Both the position numbers and the translations under genes were made by a program. This document shows positions 21,930 to 32,535 of a stretch of DNA of 64,000 nt, one piece after another. A model generated the notes under the pieces. It was not told the origin of the DNA, searched no databases, and saw only the letters and a list, made by a program, of their open reading frames with translations. Where the stretch lies: positions 74,992 through 138,991 of the forward strand of contig CAVXIH010000005.1 in NCBI GenBank assembly GCA_963761825.1. Direction: 5' to 3'. Position 1 is the first letter of the stretch. Each line of letters starts with the position of its first letter. Source of the DNA: an uncultured Acidobacteriota bacterium (GTDB lineage Bacteria; Acidobacteriota; UBA6911).

Positions 21930-22850
21930 TTACTCGATGGGCCGGCGAGTTTCGCGAGCAGGTAAAACAGAGTCGCTCTGTGTTTCGGATTGCACGAGGC
22001 GCAGTTCGGACACTAAGATCCCCGCCAATATCAGTGCTCCGCCGATCCATTCTCTGGCGGTTAAAACCTGTCCCAGTATCCAGTAGGCGAAAAGCGCCGC
22101 AAAGAATGGCTCCAGGCTGAAGATCAGCGCCGTGCGGTTCGGGGTCGTGAACTGCTGTGCCCGTGCCTGTACATAGAAAGCGACTGCGGTTGCCAGAATC
22201 CCAGTGACGAAGAAATACAAAAGCAAACTCGGGTGCCAAATGATGAAGGGAGTTTCCAGGATAGGAGTCAGGAAGGTGCATAGCAGGGCTGTGCCCGCCA
22301 TCTGCAGCAGCATCAACTGGCGATAGTCCGTGGTTGCGACGAAATGTCCAAGGAGCAAAATCTGGAGGGCAAACAGGAATGCGCAGATCAGCGTCAGCAT
22401 CTCTCCCGATCCGGCTTTCATCTGCTGGATGTTCACGAGCAGAACCCACAAACCCAGCGTCGCCAGGATCACGCCTATCATAGTCTGCAGCCTGGGCCTG
22501 TCACGGAAGAAGATGAATCCAAGCAGCGGCACCAGCAGAACGCTCAGGGCTGTGATGAACGCCGAGTAAGAAGGGCTGGTGCTGCGCAGACCCAGAGTCT
22601 GGAAAATAAAGCTCCCCAGCAGGACCAGGGAAAGGACCAGTCCCTGGCGCAGCGATTTTGCGGATACCCTGCGGATCTGCCCCGGCATAATAATGACGAT
22701 GACCGCAGTGGCTATCCAGAACCTCACCGCAACAAGAAGAATGGGGGAAATAAACGCCAGACTGTTTTTCACTACCGTGAAGGTGCTTCCCCACACGAAT
22801 GTAATCGCGATCAGCGCAAGATCGGCCTGAATCGACTTCGGTATCTTCAT
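21930..22850 (-). CDS. DMT/EamA family transporter
   Basis: About 10 hydrophobic segments; WGSTF, IFSLEPFFAALF. Confidence 0.92.
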   Translation of the reverse strand: MKIPKSIQADLALIAITFVWGSTFTVVKNSLAFISPILLVAVRFWIATAVIVIIMPGQIRRVSAKSLRQGLVLSLVLLGSFIFQTLGLRSTSPSYSAFITALSVLLVPLLGFIFFRDRPRLQTMIGVILATLGLWVLLVNIQQMKAGSGEMLTLICAFLFALQILLLGHFVATTDYRQLMLLQMAGTALLCTFLTPILETPFIIWHPSLLLYFFVTGILATAVAFYVQARAQQFTTPNRTALIFSLEPFFAALFAYWILGQVLTAREWIGGALILAGILVSELRLVQSETQSDSVLPARETRRPIE

Positions 22851-22934
22851 GCCCAGATACTATCAAAGCCGAATGCCCATTAAACTCAAATGGCAAATTT
22901 TTGTCCGTGAAGAGCAAGGAGATCTGGAGGAGAT

Positions 22935-24411
22935 CTGGACACCCACTTTTTTATCGATTTATTTTGGCTCATTCCATGAGTTCGCCATTAGTTATATGAA
23001 ACGAGGTGAACCATGGCTCTGCCCCGCAAAAAATATGTCAAGGAAGGAAAAGAAGGCGTCTATCACTGCTTCACCCGGTGCGTCCGCAGGGCCTTTCTTT
23101 GCGGCTACGACACCCTCACACAACGCGACTTCTCCCACCGCAAAACGTGGCTCGTCGATAGGTTGCGGCATCTCGCGGCTATTTTCGCTATCGATGTCTG
23201 CGCGTACGCCGTCATGGAGACTCACTACCACACTATTCTGCGCACTCGCCCCGACATCCTGGCAACCTGGTCCGATTCGGACGTCGCACTCCGCTGGCTG
23301 ACCCTCTTCCCTCTCAAGGATGCCGCCGTGCCGCCTGCCGACCTGCAAATCCGCGCCCTGGCCGATTGCCCCGAACGTATCGCCGAACTGCGTAAACGAT
23401 TGGGTAGCCTGAGCTGGTTCATGGGTCGGCTTAACGAATTCATCGCACGCGCTGCAAACAAAGAAGATAGCGTCAAAGGACGGTTCTGGGAATCCCGATT
23501 CAAATGCCAGAACCTGCTCGACGATGCGGCCATCGCCGCTTGCATGGTTTATGTCGATCTTAATCCTATCCGCGCCTCTCTCGCTGCCTCTCCTGAAGAA
23601 AGCAACTTCACCAGCATCCAGGAACGAATCCGCGCATGGCATAACGAAATGATGAACTCAGACTCCGTTCCCTTTGCGTCCCAGTCAAAACAGCCAGCTC
23701 TGCCTCTTGCAACCGCAATATCCAAAAACTCGAGGATATGACCCCTATTTCCAACGCTATTCCCGAAGGCGTCCCCTGCCATTCCATTCTTCCTCCTTCC
23801 TCTTGCTGGCTGTGTCCTATCCAATCCGATGCCCATCGCCGCGGCATCCTTCCGATGACGGCAACCGAGTATTTCGATCTCGTGGATAAATCAGGTCGCT
23901 TTCTACGGTCCGACAAGCGCGGCGCCATCCACCCCGGTCTTGCACCCATCCTCCTGCGGATCGGGGCCAATCCGGAAATGTGGAGCAACACCGTTTCCCG
24001 CTTCGGATCCAAATTCCGCCTCGCAGCCGGTCTGCTTTCCAGTATGCGCAGTTTCGCAGATCAGCTCGGCAGGCGTTGGCTCATCGGCGTTGCCGCGGCT
24101 CGAGCTGCCTTTGCAGTCTCGCCACCCCAATCGGCCTGAGTTCTATTCTTCCATCTGTCCATCCTCCACAGATCCAGCGAAATCGGATGATCCCAGCGCA
24201 CGATTCCTGCATCGTTTGACTATCTCTATTCCCGAGACTGCTCTACGGTCCTGCACTCTGTCGATTTGTCTTATCCACTGACCCCATCCGTTTCCTCCAT
24301 CATTAATCGCCCTTTCCCGCAAAGATCCGGATTTGCTAAACAAAAATTATAAATAGTGGGTGTCCAGGCTTTTCTCATTGTTATAAATTGTCATAAATAG
24401 TGGGCGTCCAG
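22935..24411 (+). mobile_element. HUH Y1 transposase element with terminal inverted repeats
   Basis: Left CTGGACACCCACTTTTTTAT (22935-22954); right ATAAATAGTGGGTGTCCAG (24349-24367) and a second copy ATAAATAGTGGGCGTCCAG (24393-24411). Confidence 0.75.
23013..24139 (+). CDS. REP-associated/IS200-like tyrosine transposase (Y1_Tnp), in two frames joined at 23738-23741
   Basis: YHCFTRCVRRAFLCG, AYAVMETHYH (HUH), GRFWESRFK, MVYVDLNPIRA (catalytic Tyr), EYFDLVDKSGR. Confidence 0.88.
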
Positions 24412-24536
24412 GCTTTCCCAAGCTTTCACTCCATGCTTTCCAGGCTTTCATTCCAGGCTTTCATCACACATATGCTTTCTTTTCTTTAAATCCTTCAGGC
24501 TTTTTTGTTGGGTACCTGCTATCTACTTTGGAATCT

Positions 24537-25225
24537 TTATCTTATAGATAAATGCCGATACCCGATTGTGATTGGGATACCTATTTTAATACAGACATTT
24601 TTTGGGTAGCGCGGATCAATAGGAAAAATATTGAGGAGTTCCTCTCCTCGGCGGACATCCGTCGGGAGCATCCCCGCAATACGGGCGGCCTCTAGTCCCA
24701 AATCGCCATCCTCGAATACCTGGCAGTACTCCGGAGCAACGCCGATCCGCCTTGCAGCCTCAAGGAAAATATCGGGAGCGGGCTTGGGCCGGACAGCATC
24801 ATCGGCAGTTACTACGGCTTGAAAATACTTTTTGATATGAAGCGCGTCCAATTCCAGATCCACATTCTCCCGAACGCCTCCCGAGGCAATAGCCATTGGC
24901 AGGATGTCGCGATATTTCAGGACGACATCCACCACAAAAGGAATCGGTCTGAATTCGGATGCATGCGCCCGGAAAAACGTATGTTTGTCATGCACCGTCT
25001 CGACAGGATCGAACGCCGCGGGCGAAATGTGCGTTGTACAAAACTACAATTTCTTCCTCGGGCATTCCCTTCTTTGAAAAAAAGAAATCGAAATCCCATA
25101 CCCCTCCCCGGGATAGTGATGACATGTTTCCACGCCTTCATGTGCAGCGGCATGGAATCCACCAGAGTTCCGTCGCAGTCAAAAATAAGCCCTTTGATAA
25201 ATGGCGGCACTTCTATCGTACGCAT
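24537..25225 (-). CDS. HAD-family sugar phosphatase (beta-PGM/YqaB-like), frameshifted; 3' end uncertain
   Basis: IFDCDGTLVDS, KPAPDIFL, VFEDGDLG. Confidence 0.88.
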
Positions 25226-25253
25226 CGCAATCCTATATCTAATGGCTGTAATC

Positions 25254-25367
25254 GTCGGAATCGGTATCGCTATCGGGTATCGCGATCGGCTTTAAAATCC
25301 AGGCCTCAAAGATTTCAATCCGACTCCCGATTGCGATTTCCGATACCGATAGCGATACCGATTCCGA
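25254..25367. repeat. Hexamer palindromic element, copy 1
   Basis: (ATCGGT/ATCGCT)n ... (ACCGAT/AGCGAT)n with a perfect 22-bp stem, 25255-25276 pairing with 25346-25367. Confidence 0.9.
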
Positions 25368-25373
25368 ATAACT

Positions 25374-26853
25374 CTAGAATGGATTTTCGGTCGGGTAGTA
25401 AACTCCCTTAGGGCAATTAAAGAAGAGATCGTCGACCCCCAGCATTCTGCAGGCAGCAAAGAGCGTTTTGCCCGCATGCTTGAATGCGATCGCCGTATGA
25501 TGCGGAAATCTCTTTTCAATCAATACGTGACGATAAAAGCGTCCCATCTCGCGGATCGCAAACACGCCGATGGATCCGAAGGACCGGGGATTCACGTCAA
25601 GCACCTCCCCGTTCGCCATATAGGCCTGGATGCGCGATTCCGGCGTCGATTGAATACGGAAGACAGAAATCGGACCGGCTTTGATCCTTCCTTCCAGCGT
25701 TCCTCTCGTAATGTCCGGCTTGTGCTCCGGCTCCATCAGGCGATGCATGATCAGCTGATGCTGCATGGACGGGTTCATGAGGCAAGCGGACGATGTGTTC
25801 CCGCAGTGAAAGCCCATCCACAGGTCGGTGAGCGCATAATCGCCGATAGCCTTTTTGCATTCGGCATACATGTCCTTAGGAACGGAGTTATTGATGTCCA
25901 GGATGGCCGGCGGCAATTCCGTCGCACAGATGGACATATACTCGCTCAGCGCTCCGTAGATATCGGATTCGCAGGCAACTGGAATGCCTTTTGCCGCCAG
26001 CCGCGAGTTCATGTAGCAGGGGACATGGCCGAAGTATTTCTCGAAAGCCGGCCAGCATTTATTGGCAAATGCGACATACTGGGAAGCGCCCAGGTTTGCC
26101 TGCATATATTTCTCGAGGGCCGCTTCGTATTGAGCGACCTTTTCATTCAGGTCCGGATACGTATTGCCCTGTCCCAGTTCTTTCGCTATTTCGGCGGCAA
26201 TGCGTTTCACATCGGAACTCCCCTTTTCCGCCTGCACAAGATCGAAAAGGTCCAGTTCGCTGTTCTCCATGATCTCGACACCCAGGTCAAACAGAGGCTG
26301 AATCGGCGCGTGGCAGGTCAGGAAGTCAAACGGCCGCGGCCCGAAAGAGATGATTTTCAAGATTGCGGACGCCGATGACCGTACGCGCAACCGGCAGGAA
26401 CTCTGCCAGCATTGCGGCAATATCGTTGGGATCCCCGACGGGATATTCCGGGATGTGGGGCCGGAGGCGCCGCAGCCCGATGTTGTAGGATGCGCTGAGC
26501 ATGCCGCAATAGGCATCGCCACGGCCATTGATCAGGTCGTTGCCGCTATCTTCGGCAGCGGCAACGAACATGACCGGGCCGGAAAATTTCTGGGCCAGCA
26601 GCGTGGTGGGCCCTTCCGGGCCGAAGTTTCCCAGGTAGATCGCCAGCGCATTGATTTTTTTCTGTTCCACCTCATCCAGCGCCTTTAAGACATCACGCTC
26701 ATTCTCAATGATCGTCTCAATTTCGACGACCGGGACCTTGAGCTCTTTGCAGGCGGCTACTACATTGCTCCGGCGCTTGCGGGAAAGCTCGATCGGGAAA
26801 CAGTCTCGGCTGACGGCGACGATACCAAGTTTGACAATAGGGATATTTTGCAT
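25374..26853 (-). CDS. L-fucose/L-arabinose isomerase-related protein (COG2407-like); frameshift near 26340
   Basis: LGIVAVSRDCFP, YLGNFGPE, DAYCGML, VACESDIYGAL, FHCGN, FPHH. Confidence 0.8.
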
Positions 26854-26859
26854 GAAGGG

Positions 26860-27558
26860 TCATCCTTGCTTTTTCTGGCCGTAATAGGCATGCGGCCCGT
26901 GTTTTCGTTGATAATGCTTCTCCTGAATATGCGAGGGGAGCGCTGCGATGGAAGGATTCAGCAGGAGCGATCCGAGAGCCATTTGGGCAACTCTCTCCAG
27001 GATCAGACTGTTATGAACGGCATTTCCGGAGCTTCTCCCCCAGACAAACGGAGCGTGCCCCGCCACCAGTACCCCCGGCATGGCCAATGGATCCATCCCG
27101 GCAAACCGCTCGATGATGATCAGGCCCGTTGCGCGCTCATACCCGTCACGGACCTCGTCCGCCGTAAGAAATCGGGTCACAGGGACCGGGCCGTTGAAAT
27201 GATCCGCGTGCGTCGTTCCGAGGCACGGGATCTCGCGGCAAGCCTGTGCGAACATGGTGGCATACTCGCTGTGCGTGTGCACAATTCCGCCGATGCCCGG
27301 AAAAGCCTTGTAGAGCTCCAGGTGCGTCGGCGTGTCCGATGAGGGGCGAAGATTCCCGTCCACAACATTTCCATCCAGATCTACGACAATCATGTCTTTG
27401 GCCGTCATGGATTCATATTCGACGCCGCTGGGTTTGATCACGACGCGGCCTTCGGAACGATCGATGCCGCTAACGTTTCCCCACGTTCGGGTTACTAGTC
27501 CGTAGCGGACCAGTTCCATGTTGGCCTGAAAAACTTTTTTCTTAAGCGGGTCCAACAT
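26860..27558 (-). CDS. araD: L-ribulose-5-phosphate 4-epimerase
   Basis: TWGNVSGID, IKPSGV, PSSDTPTH, HTHS, GTTHADHF, HGPHAYYGQ. Confidence 0.95.
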   Translation of the reverse strand: MLDPLKKKVFQANMELVRYGLVTRTWGNVSGIDRSEGRVVIKPSGVEYESMTAKDMIVVDLDGNVVDGNLRPSSDTPTHLELYKAFPGIGGIVHTHSEYATMFAQACREIPCLGTTHADHFNGPVPVTRFLTADEVRDGYERATGLIIIERFAGMDPLAMPGVLVAGHAPFVWGRSSGNAVHNSLILERVAQMALGSLLLNPSIAALPSHIQEKHYQRKHGPHAYYGQKKQG

Positions 27559-29260
27559 CAGAGTGATCTCCGCACTTCATCCCGGATATCCAGCAGTTCT
27601 TTCATAAGGGAGTGCATCCCCCCCGACCATTGCCGGGTGCCATAGGCATCATGCAGCCGGCGGTACAGCGCGTAAAGCCTTTGATAAATCCTATGATTTC
27701 TTTCGACCGGCCGGTATTCTCTGCCGCTTCCTACCATGGCTTTCTGCGCCGCGACCACAGAGTCATAGCCGCCCGCTTCCTCTCCTGCTGCGACCGCCGC
27801 AAAGACGGCGGCGCCCAAGGCGGGGGTCTGTTCGCTGCGGGAGATCTTCATGGGACGGCCGGCAATATCGGCATAGATCTGCATCATCAGGGCATTTTTG
27901 GAAGCAAGGCCGCCGCAGTTGACGACCTCTTTGATCGGCACGCCGTATTCTTCGATCCGATCAATAATGACCAGTGCTCCGAATCCGGTTGCTTCGAGCA
28001 AAGCCCGGTAAATCTCATGCGGCTGCGTGTGCAGCGTCTGGCCGATCAGCAGTCCCGCAAGCCGCGCGTCGACAAGAATTGTGCGGTTCCCGTTATTCCA
28101 GTCGAGTGCGATCAGCCCGCTCTCTCCGGGTTTCAAGCGCAGCTGCGGCTTTCTCCAGGTTCGCAAATTGTTCGTCCTGGGTCCTTCCGAATTTTTCCGG
28201 AACCAGCGTGTTCACAAACCAGAGGAAGATGTCGCCGACCGCCGACTGCCCTGCTTCGATGCCGTAATACCCGGCCATGACGGATCCGTCCACGATGCCG
28301 CAGACGCCCGGGATGTCCTGCAGCGGCTCATCGTTCGGGTGGATCATGATATCGCACGTACTCGTCCCGATGATCTTCACCAGCGTTCCCTGGGAAATCC
28401 CGGCGCCCACCGCACCCATATGTGCATCGAAGGCACCCACGGCGATCGCAACGGAAGGCGAGAGCCCGAGCCGCCGGGCCCATGCGGGCGAAAGCGTGCC
28501 GGCCCGACGATCGGCAGTATAGCACGGTATCGTACAGTCGCGGGCGCAGAGATCCGAGTCCCGGCGAAAGCTTTTCGAGGAATTCGCTGTCCGGCAATCC
28601 CTTCCATGCCGGATTGAAGATGGCTTTGTGCCCCGCCGCGCATACGCTGCGTTTCACCTTCTGCGGCGACAACTCCCCGGTCAGGACGGCAGGAATCCAG
28701 TCGCAGATTTCAATCCAGCTGGCAGCGGCTTCGAATACATCCTTTGCCACATTTTTGCAGTGCAGGATCTTGCTCCACCACCATTCCGACGAATACGTGC
28801 CGCCGATTTTCGAGAGGTACTGCGGGCGTATTTCGGATGCCAGCTGCGTAATTTGCGCGGCCTCCCTATAGCCGGTGTGATCTTTCCAAAGCCACACCAT
28901 TGCCGCGGGATCGTCTTTGAATCTTTGCTGGAAACACAGAGCCTGCCCCTCTGCATCCACCGGCATCGGACTGCTTCCCGTTGTGTCAATTCCAATGCCG
29001 ATGATGTCCGAGGATGAAATTGCGGATCGGACTCCTTCCCCTTTTGAATGGCGCCCCGGATCGTTGCCTCGATCCCGAGAAGATAGTCCGCCGGATTCTG
29101 CCTTGCCAGATTAGGATCCGAAAGCATCAATGATGACACCATCGTTTCCCGAAGGGTACGGGAAAACATGGCTGGCGATCTCCATGCCCGAAGTCACATC
29201 TACCAGAAGCGAACGGCAGGAATTCGTACCGAAGTCGAGCCCTAATACGTAGCGAGACAT
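27558..29260 (-). CDS. araB: Ribulokinase (FGGY family), several frameshifts
   Basis: Reconstructed start [14 protein letters not shown]; [53 protein letters not shown]. Confidence 0.9.
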
Positions 29261-29272
29261 GTTCGTTAATTC

Positions 29273-31027
29273 TTATCCGACAAAATAGAGGTAAGCAGCC
29301 ACGATCAATGCAACGACCACGACAGACAGAATCACATCGATCGCTTTCCAGCTTTCCCTGGAAATCCGCTTGTCTTCCGTGGACCTCGTTGCGTAGGTTA
29401 AGCCGCCTATTTTTGCATAATCAGGCGCAGCGGTCATATAGCTCACGATAATCATTACGGCCGCTGAAATTATCAGGATCACTCCGCTGTAGTACTGAAA
29501 GAAAATATTATTCACTATCCACAGGAATGAGCCCTGCTCATATTGGAAACCCTGCATTAGCTTGACCGGAGTATCGATCGCCAGGCGGACAACGCCGAGG
29601 GCAAACCCGGTAATTAGCGTCCAGAGGCAGCCCTTGGCATTCATTCTTTTGATGAATACGCCCAGGAAGAAAACGACAAAGATCGGCGGCGCGAGGTATC
29701 CCTGAATGCCCTGCAAGTAGTCATATAGGCCGCGTCCCCCGCGGATTACAGGAATCCAGCAGATGCCGATAAGGACCATGACCGCGGTGGCGATTCTGCC
29801 CACCCAAACCAGCCGTTCCTGCGATACGCCGCGGCGCAGGCGTCCATAAAAGTCGATAGTGAACAAAGTGGCGCTGGCATTGAATGCGCCTGCCAAAGAA
29901 CTCATCAGCGCCGCGAGCAGGCCTGCAACCACGATGCCGCGAATCCCGACGGGAAGAATATGCGCGACCATGAGCGGAAACGCCTGTTGCGCATTATCAC
30001 GGATAATCTTGCCGTCCGCCCCGATCAGGAGATTGTGGAAGCCGGGCACTTTATTTGAAATCGCCAGCGCGTAGCAGATGATGCCGGGGATAATAAAGAT
30101 GAACACGGGGAGCAGTTTAAAGAATGCCGCCGCGATGGATCCGCGCCGGGCTTCGGTCTCGTTGGGAGCGGTAAGCGTGCGCTGTACGATATACTGATCC
30201 GTGCACCAGTACCAGAGACCGATGACGGGCGCGCAGATGATCATTCCCAGCCAGGGATAATTGTTGTTGAAGTACCAGGCCATCTGGTGCGCGTTCTTGA
30301 CCGGAGCCCAGGTGCTCTCAAGGCCCGCCGGTACCATCGGCTTCCATAAATTAAACATGTCCGTTGGAACGATGGCTCTCAATTCCGACCATCCGCCCAG
30401 CGCGTGAAGGCCGAATATGGTTACCAGCGCCGATCCGATGATCAGCACAATCGTCTGCATCGCTTCCGTATAGGCCACGGCACTCATGCCGCCGACGATC
30501 GTATATAAACCGGTGATGATGACGACAAGAAGAGAGCCGATCCAGAAACTGTCCAATCCCCAGAGATTGACTTCAGGCAGCAGCACCGCGAAAACCACTC
30601 CGCCGGCGAAAATGCCTACAGCTATCTTCGTTAGGATGTAAGCAACCAGGGAGATGACGGAGAGGACCGTGCGCGCCATCGGGGAGAACCGCCGTTCGAG
30701 AAACTCCGGCATGGTGAACACTTTCGACCGCATATAAAAAGGAACCATCACCCATCCCAGGACCAGCAGGCACCACGCGTGCAACTCGTAGTGCGCCATG
30801 GCCACGCCGTCCGTCGCTCCCGAAGCCGCCAACCCCACGAGGTGCTCCGAGCCGATATTCGAAGCAAAGATCGAAGCCCCGATGACGAACCATCCCAGTT
30901 CTCTTCCTGCCAGAAAATAGCTATCCGAAGTCTTTTTCTGCTTTTTGGCAACCCATACAACAATTCCCGCAATCAAAGCGAAATAGGCAAGAATAACGAT
31001 CCAGTCAATAGGCTGCAGGATGCTCAT
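29273..31027 (-). CDS. Sodium:solute symporter (SGLT-like sugar transporter)
   Basis: YFLAGR, ASNIGSEHLVGLA, WYWCTDQYIVQR, AALMSSLA. Confidence 0.93.
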   Translation of the reverse strand: MSILQPIDWIVILAYFALIAGIVVWVAKKQKKTSDSYFLAGRELGWFVIGASIFASNIGSEHLVGLAASGATDGVAMAHYELHAWCLLVLGWVMVPFYMRSKVFTMPEFLERRFSPMARTVLSVISLVAYILTKIAVGIFAGGVVFAVLLPEVNLWGLDSFWIGSLLVVIITGLYTIVGGMSAVAYTEAMQTIVLIIGSALVTIFGLHALGGWSELRAIVPTDMFNLWKPMVPAGLESTWAPVKNAHQMAWYFNNNYPWLGMIICAPVIGLWYWCTDQYIVQRTLTAPNETEARRGSIAAAFFKLLPVFIFIIPGIICYALAISNKVPGFHNLLIGADGKIIRDNAQQAFPLMVAHILPVGIRGIVVAGLLAALMSSLAGAFNASATLFTIDFYGRLRRGVSQERLVWVGRIATAVMVLIGICWIPVIRGGRGLYDYLQGIQGYLAPPIFVVFFLGVFIKRMNAKGCLWTLITGFALGVVRLAIDTPVKLMQGFQYEQGSFLWIVNNIFFQYYSGVILIISAAVMIIVSYMTAAPDYAKIGGLTYATRSTEDKRISRESWKAIDVILSVVVVALIVAAYLYFVG

Positions 31028-31048
31028 GCAATGCTCTCCTCTTAAAAG

Positions 31049-32185
31049 CTATCGGGTCGAAAATTGATAGACGGTGGTCTGATGATATCTTTGTCCCGGC
31101 CGCAGCGTCACAGACGGGAATTGCGGCTTGTTCGGAGAATCGGGAAAAGCCTGAGTTTCCAGGCAGAGGCCGCTTCTTTGCTTATAGGCTACACCATTTT
31201 TCCCCTTCGCCGATCCGTCAAGGAAGTTGCCGGAGTAAAACTGAAGCCCCGGCTGGTCGGTAAAAATGGTCATCATGCGTCCGCTGCCGACTTCATATAG
31301 CTCGGCGACTTTGCGCACGTTGCCGACGCTGCCTTTCAGAACCCAGTTGTGATCGTAGCCCTTGCCAAAGGCCAGCTGCTCATTCTGGTCGTTGATATGC
31401 GCTCCGATCGCCATGGGGGAGCGGAAATCCATCGGCGTGTCTGCCACGTTTTCAATCTGTCCGGTCGGAATGAGTCCCTTGTCCACCGGAGTGATGCCGT
31501 CAGATTCGATCATCAAAAGATGATCGAGAATCGTTTTGTCAAACGAGCCGGAGAGATTGAAATAGGAGTGCTGCGTCGGATTCAGAATCGTGGGCTTGTC
31601 CGTCGTTCCTTCATAGTCGATGCGCAGTTCGTTTTTGTCAGTCAGGGTATAGGTAACCTTCAGCGTCACAGTTCCGGGATACCCTTCCTCCCCGTCACGG
31701 CTGACATATTGGAGCTGGAGAGATGATTCCGCGGAATCGCCGGCTTTTGCATCCCATAGGACTTTGTTGAAGCCTGTTTTCCCGCCATGAAGATGGTTCT
31801 CGCCGTCGTTGACCGTTAGTTGATAGTCTTTCCCATCCAGCTGAAATCGTCCTTTACCAATGCGGTTGCCGTAGCGTCCCACGATTGCCCCGAAATAGGC
31901 CGTGCCGTCAATATATCCCTGCAGAGAATCATAGCCGAGGACAATGTCCTCCATCTTCCCGTTCCGGTCGGGAACTTTGAGCGAGGTGACCGTCGCTCCA
32001 TAGCTGATGATCTGTGCGGTAACGCCGGAGCGGTTTTCGAGTGTGTATTGATGCACTTCCCGTCCGTCCGGAAGCTTGCCGAAAACAGTCGTTTTCATGG
32101 GAGGTTGGACCTTTCTGTTTGTCTGACATGCTTGTGTCGAAAAGAGAGCGAAAATGGCAATGCAGAGAATGAGCGGCCTCATCAT
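31049..32185 (-). CDS. galM: Aldose 1-epimerase (mutarotase) with signal or lipoprotein peptide
   Basis: GRYGNRI, HLHGG, TQHSYFNL, GYDHNW, QFYSGNFL, CLETQ. Confidence 0.95.
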   Translation of the reverse strand: MMRPLILCIAIFALFSTQACQTNRKVQPPMKTTVFGKLPDGREVHQYTLENRSGVTAQIISYGATVTSLKVPDRNGKMEDIVLGYDSLQGYIDGTAYFGAIVGRYGNRIGKGRFQLDGKDYQLTVNDGENHLHGGKTGFNKVLWDAKAGDSAESSLQLQYVSRDGEEGYPGTVTLKVTYTLTDKNELRIDYEGTTDKPTILNPTQHSYFNLSGSFDKTILDHLLMIESDGITPVDKGLIPTGQIENVADTPMDFRSPMAIGAHINDQNEQLAFGKGYDHNWVLKGSVGNVRKVAELYEVGSGRMMTIFTDQPGLQFYSGNFLDGSAKGKNGVAYKQRSGLCLETQAFPDSPNKPQFPSVTLRPGQRYHQTTVYQFSTR

Positions 32186-32296
32186 AAAGCATGCTCCGTT
32201 TAAGGATTAAAATTTAAAAAAAGCAGTCTGTCATATCATGCGGCGAAGGGCAATCAATTTGAGATTTCAGAGACAGGGCAACAGATTTCAATATAT

Positions 32297-32441
32297 GTCG
32301 GTATCGGAATCGGTATCGCTATCGGTATCGGCAATCGCAATCGGCGATTTAGACTCGAGCCTTATGATCTAATAACGATACGCGATCGCGATCTCGACTG
32401 CCGATTGCGATTGCGATACCGATTCCGATAGCGATAGCGAC
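32297..32441. repeat. Hexamer palindromic element, copy 2
   Basis: GTCGGTATCGGAATCGGTATCGCT... spacer ...CCGATTCCGATAGCGATAGCGAC. Confidence 0.9.
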
Positions 32442-32535
32442 TCTATGGAATGGTGCTTTGCTGTAGCGTTTCAATCCGTCATGTTACAGCAACTAATTAT
32501 GCTAAGATGAGGCAGGGTTTGAAGAAGGAGGAGGC

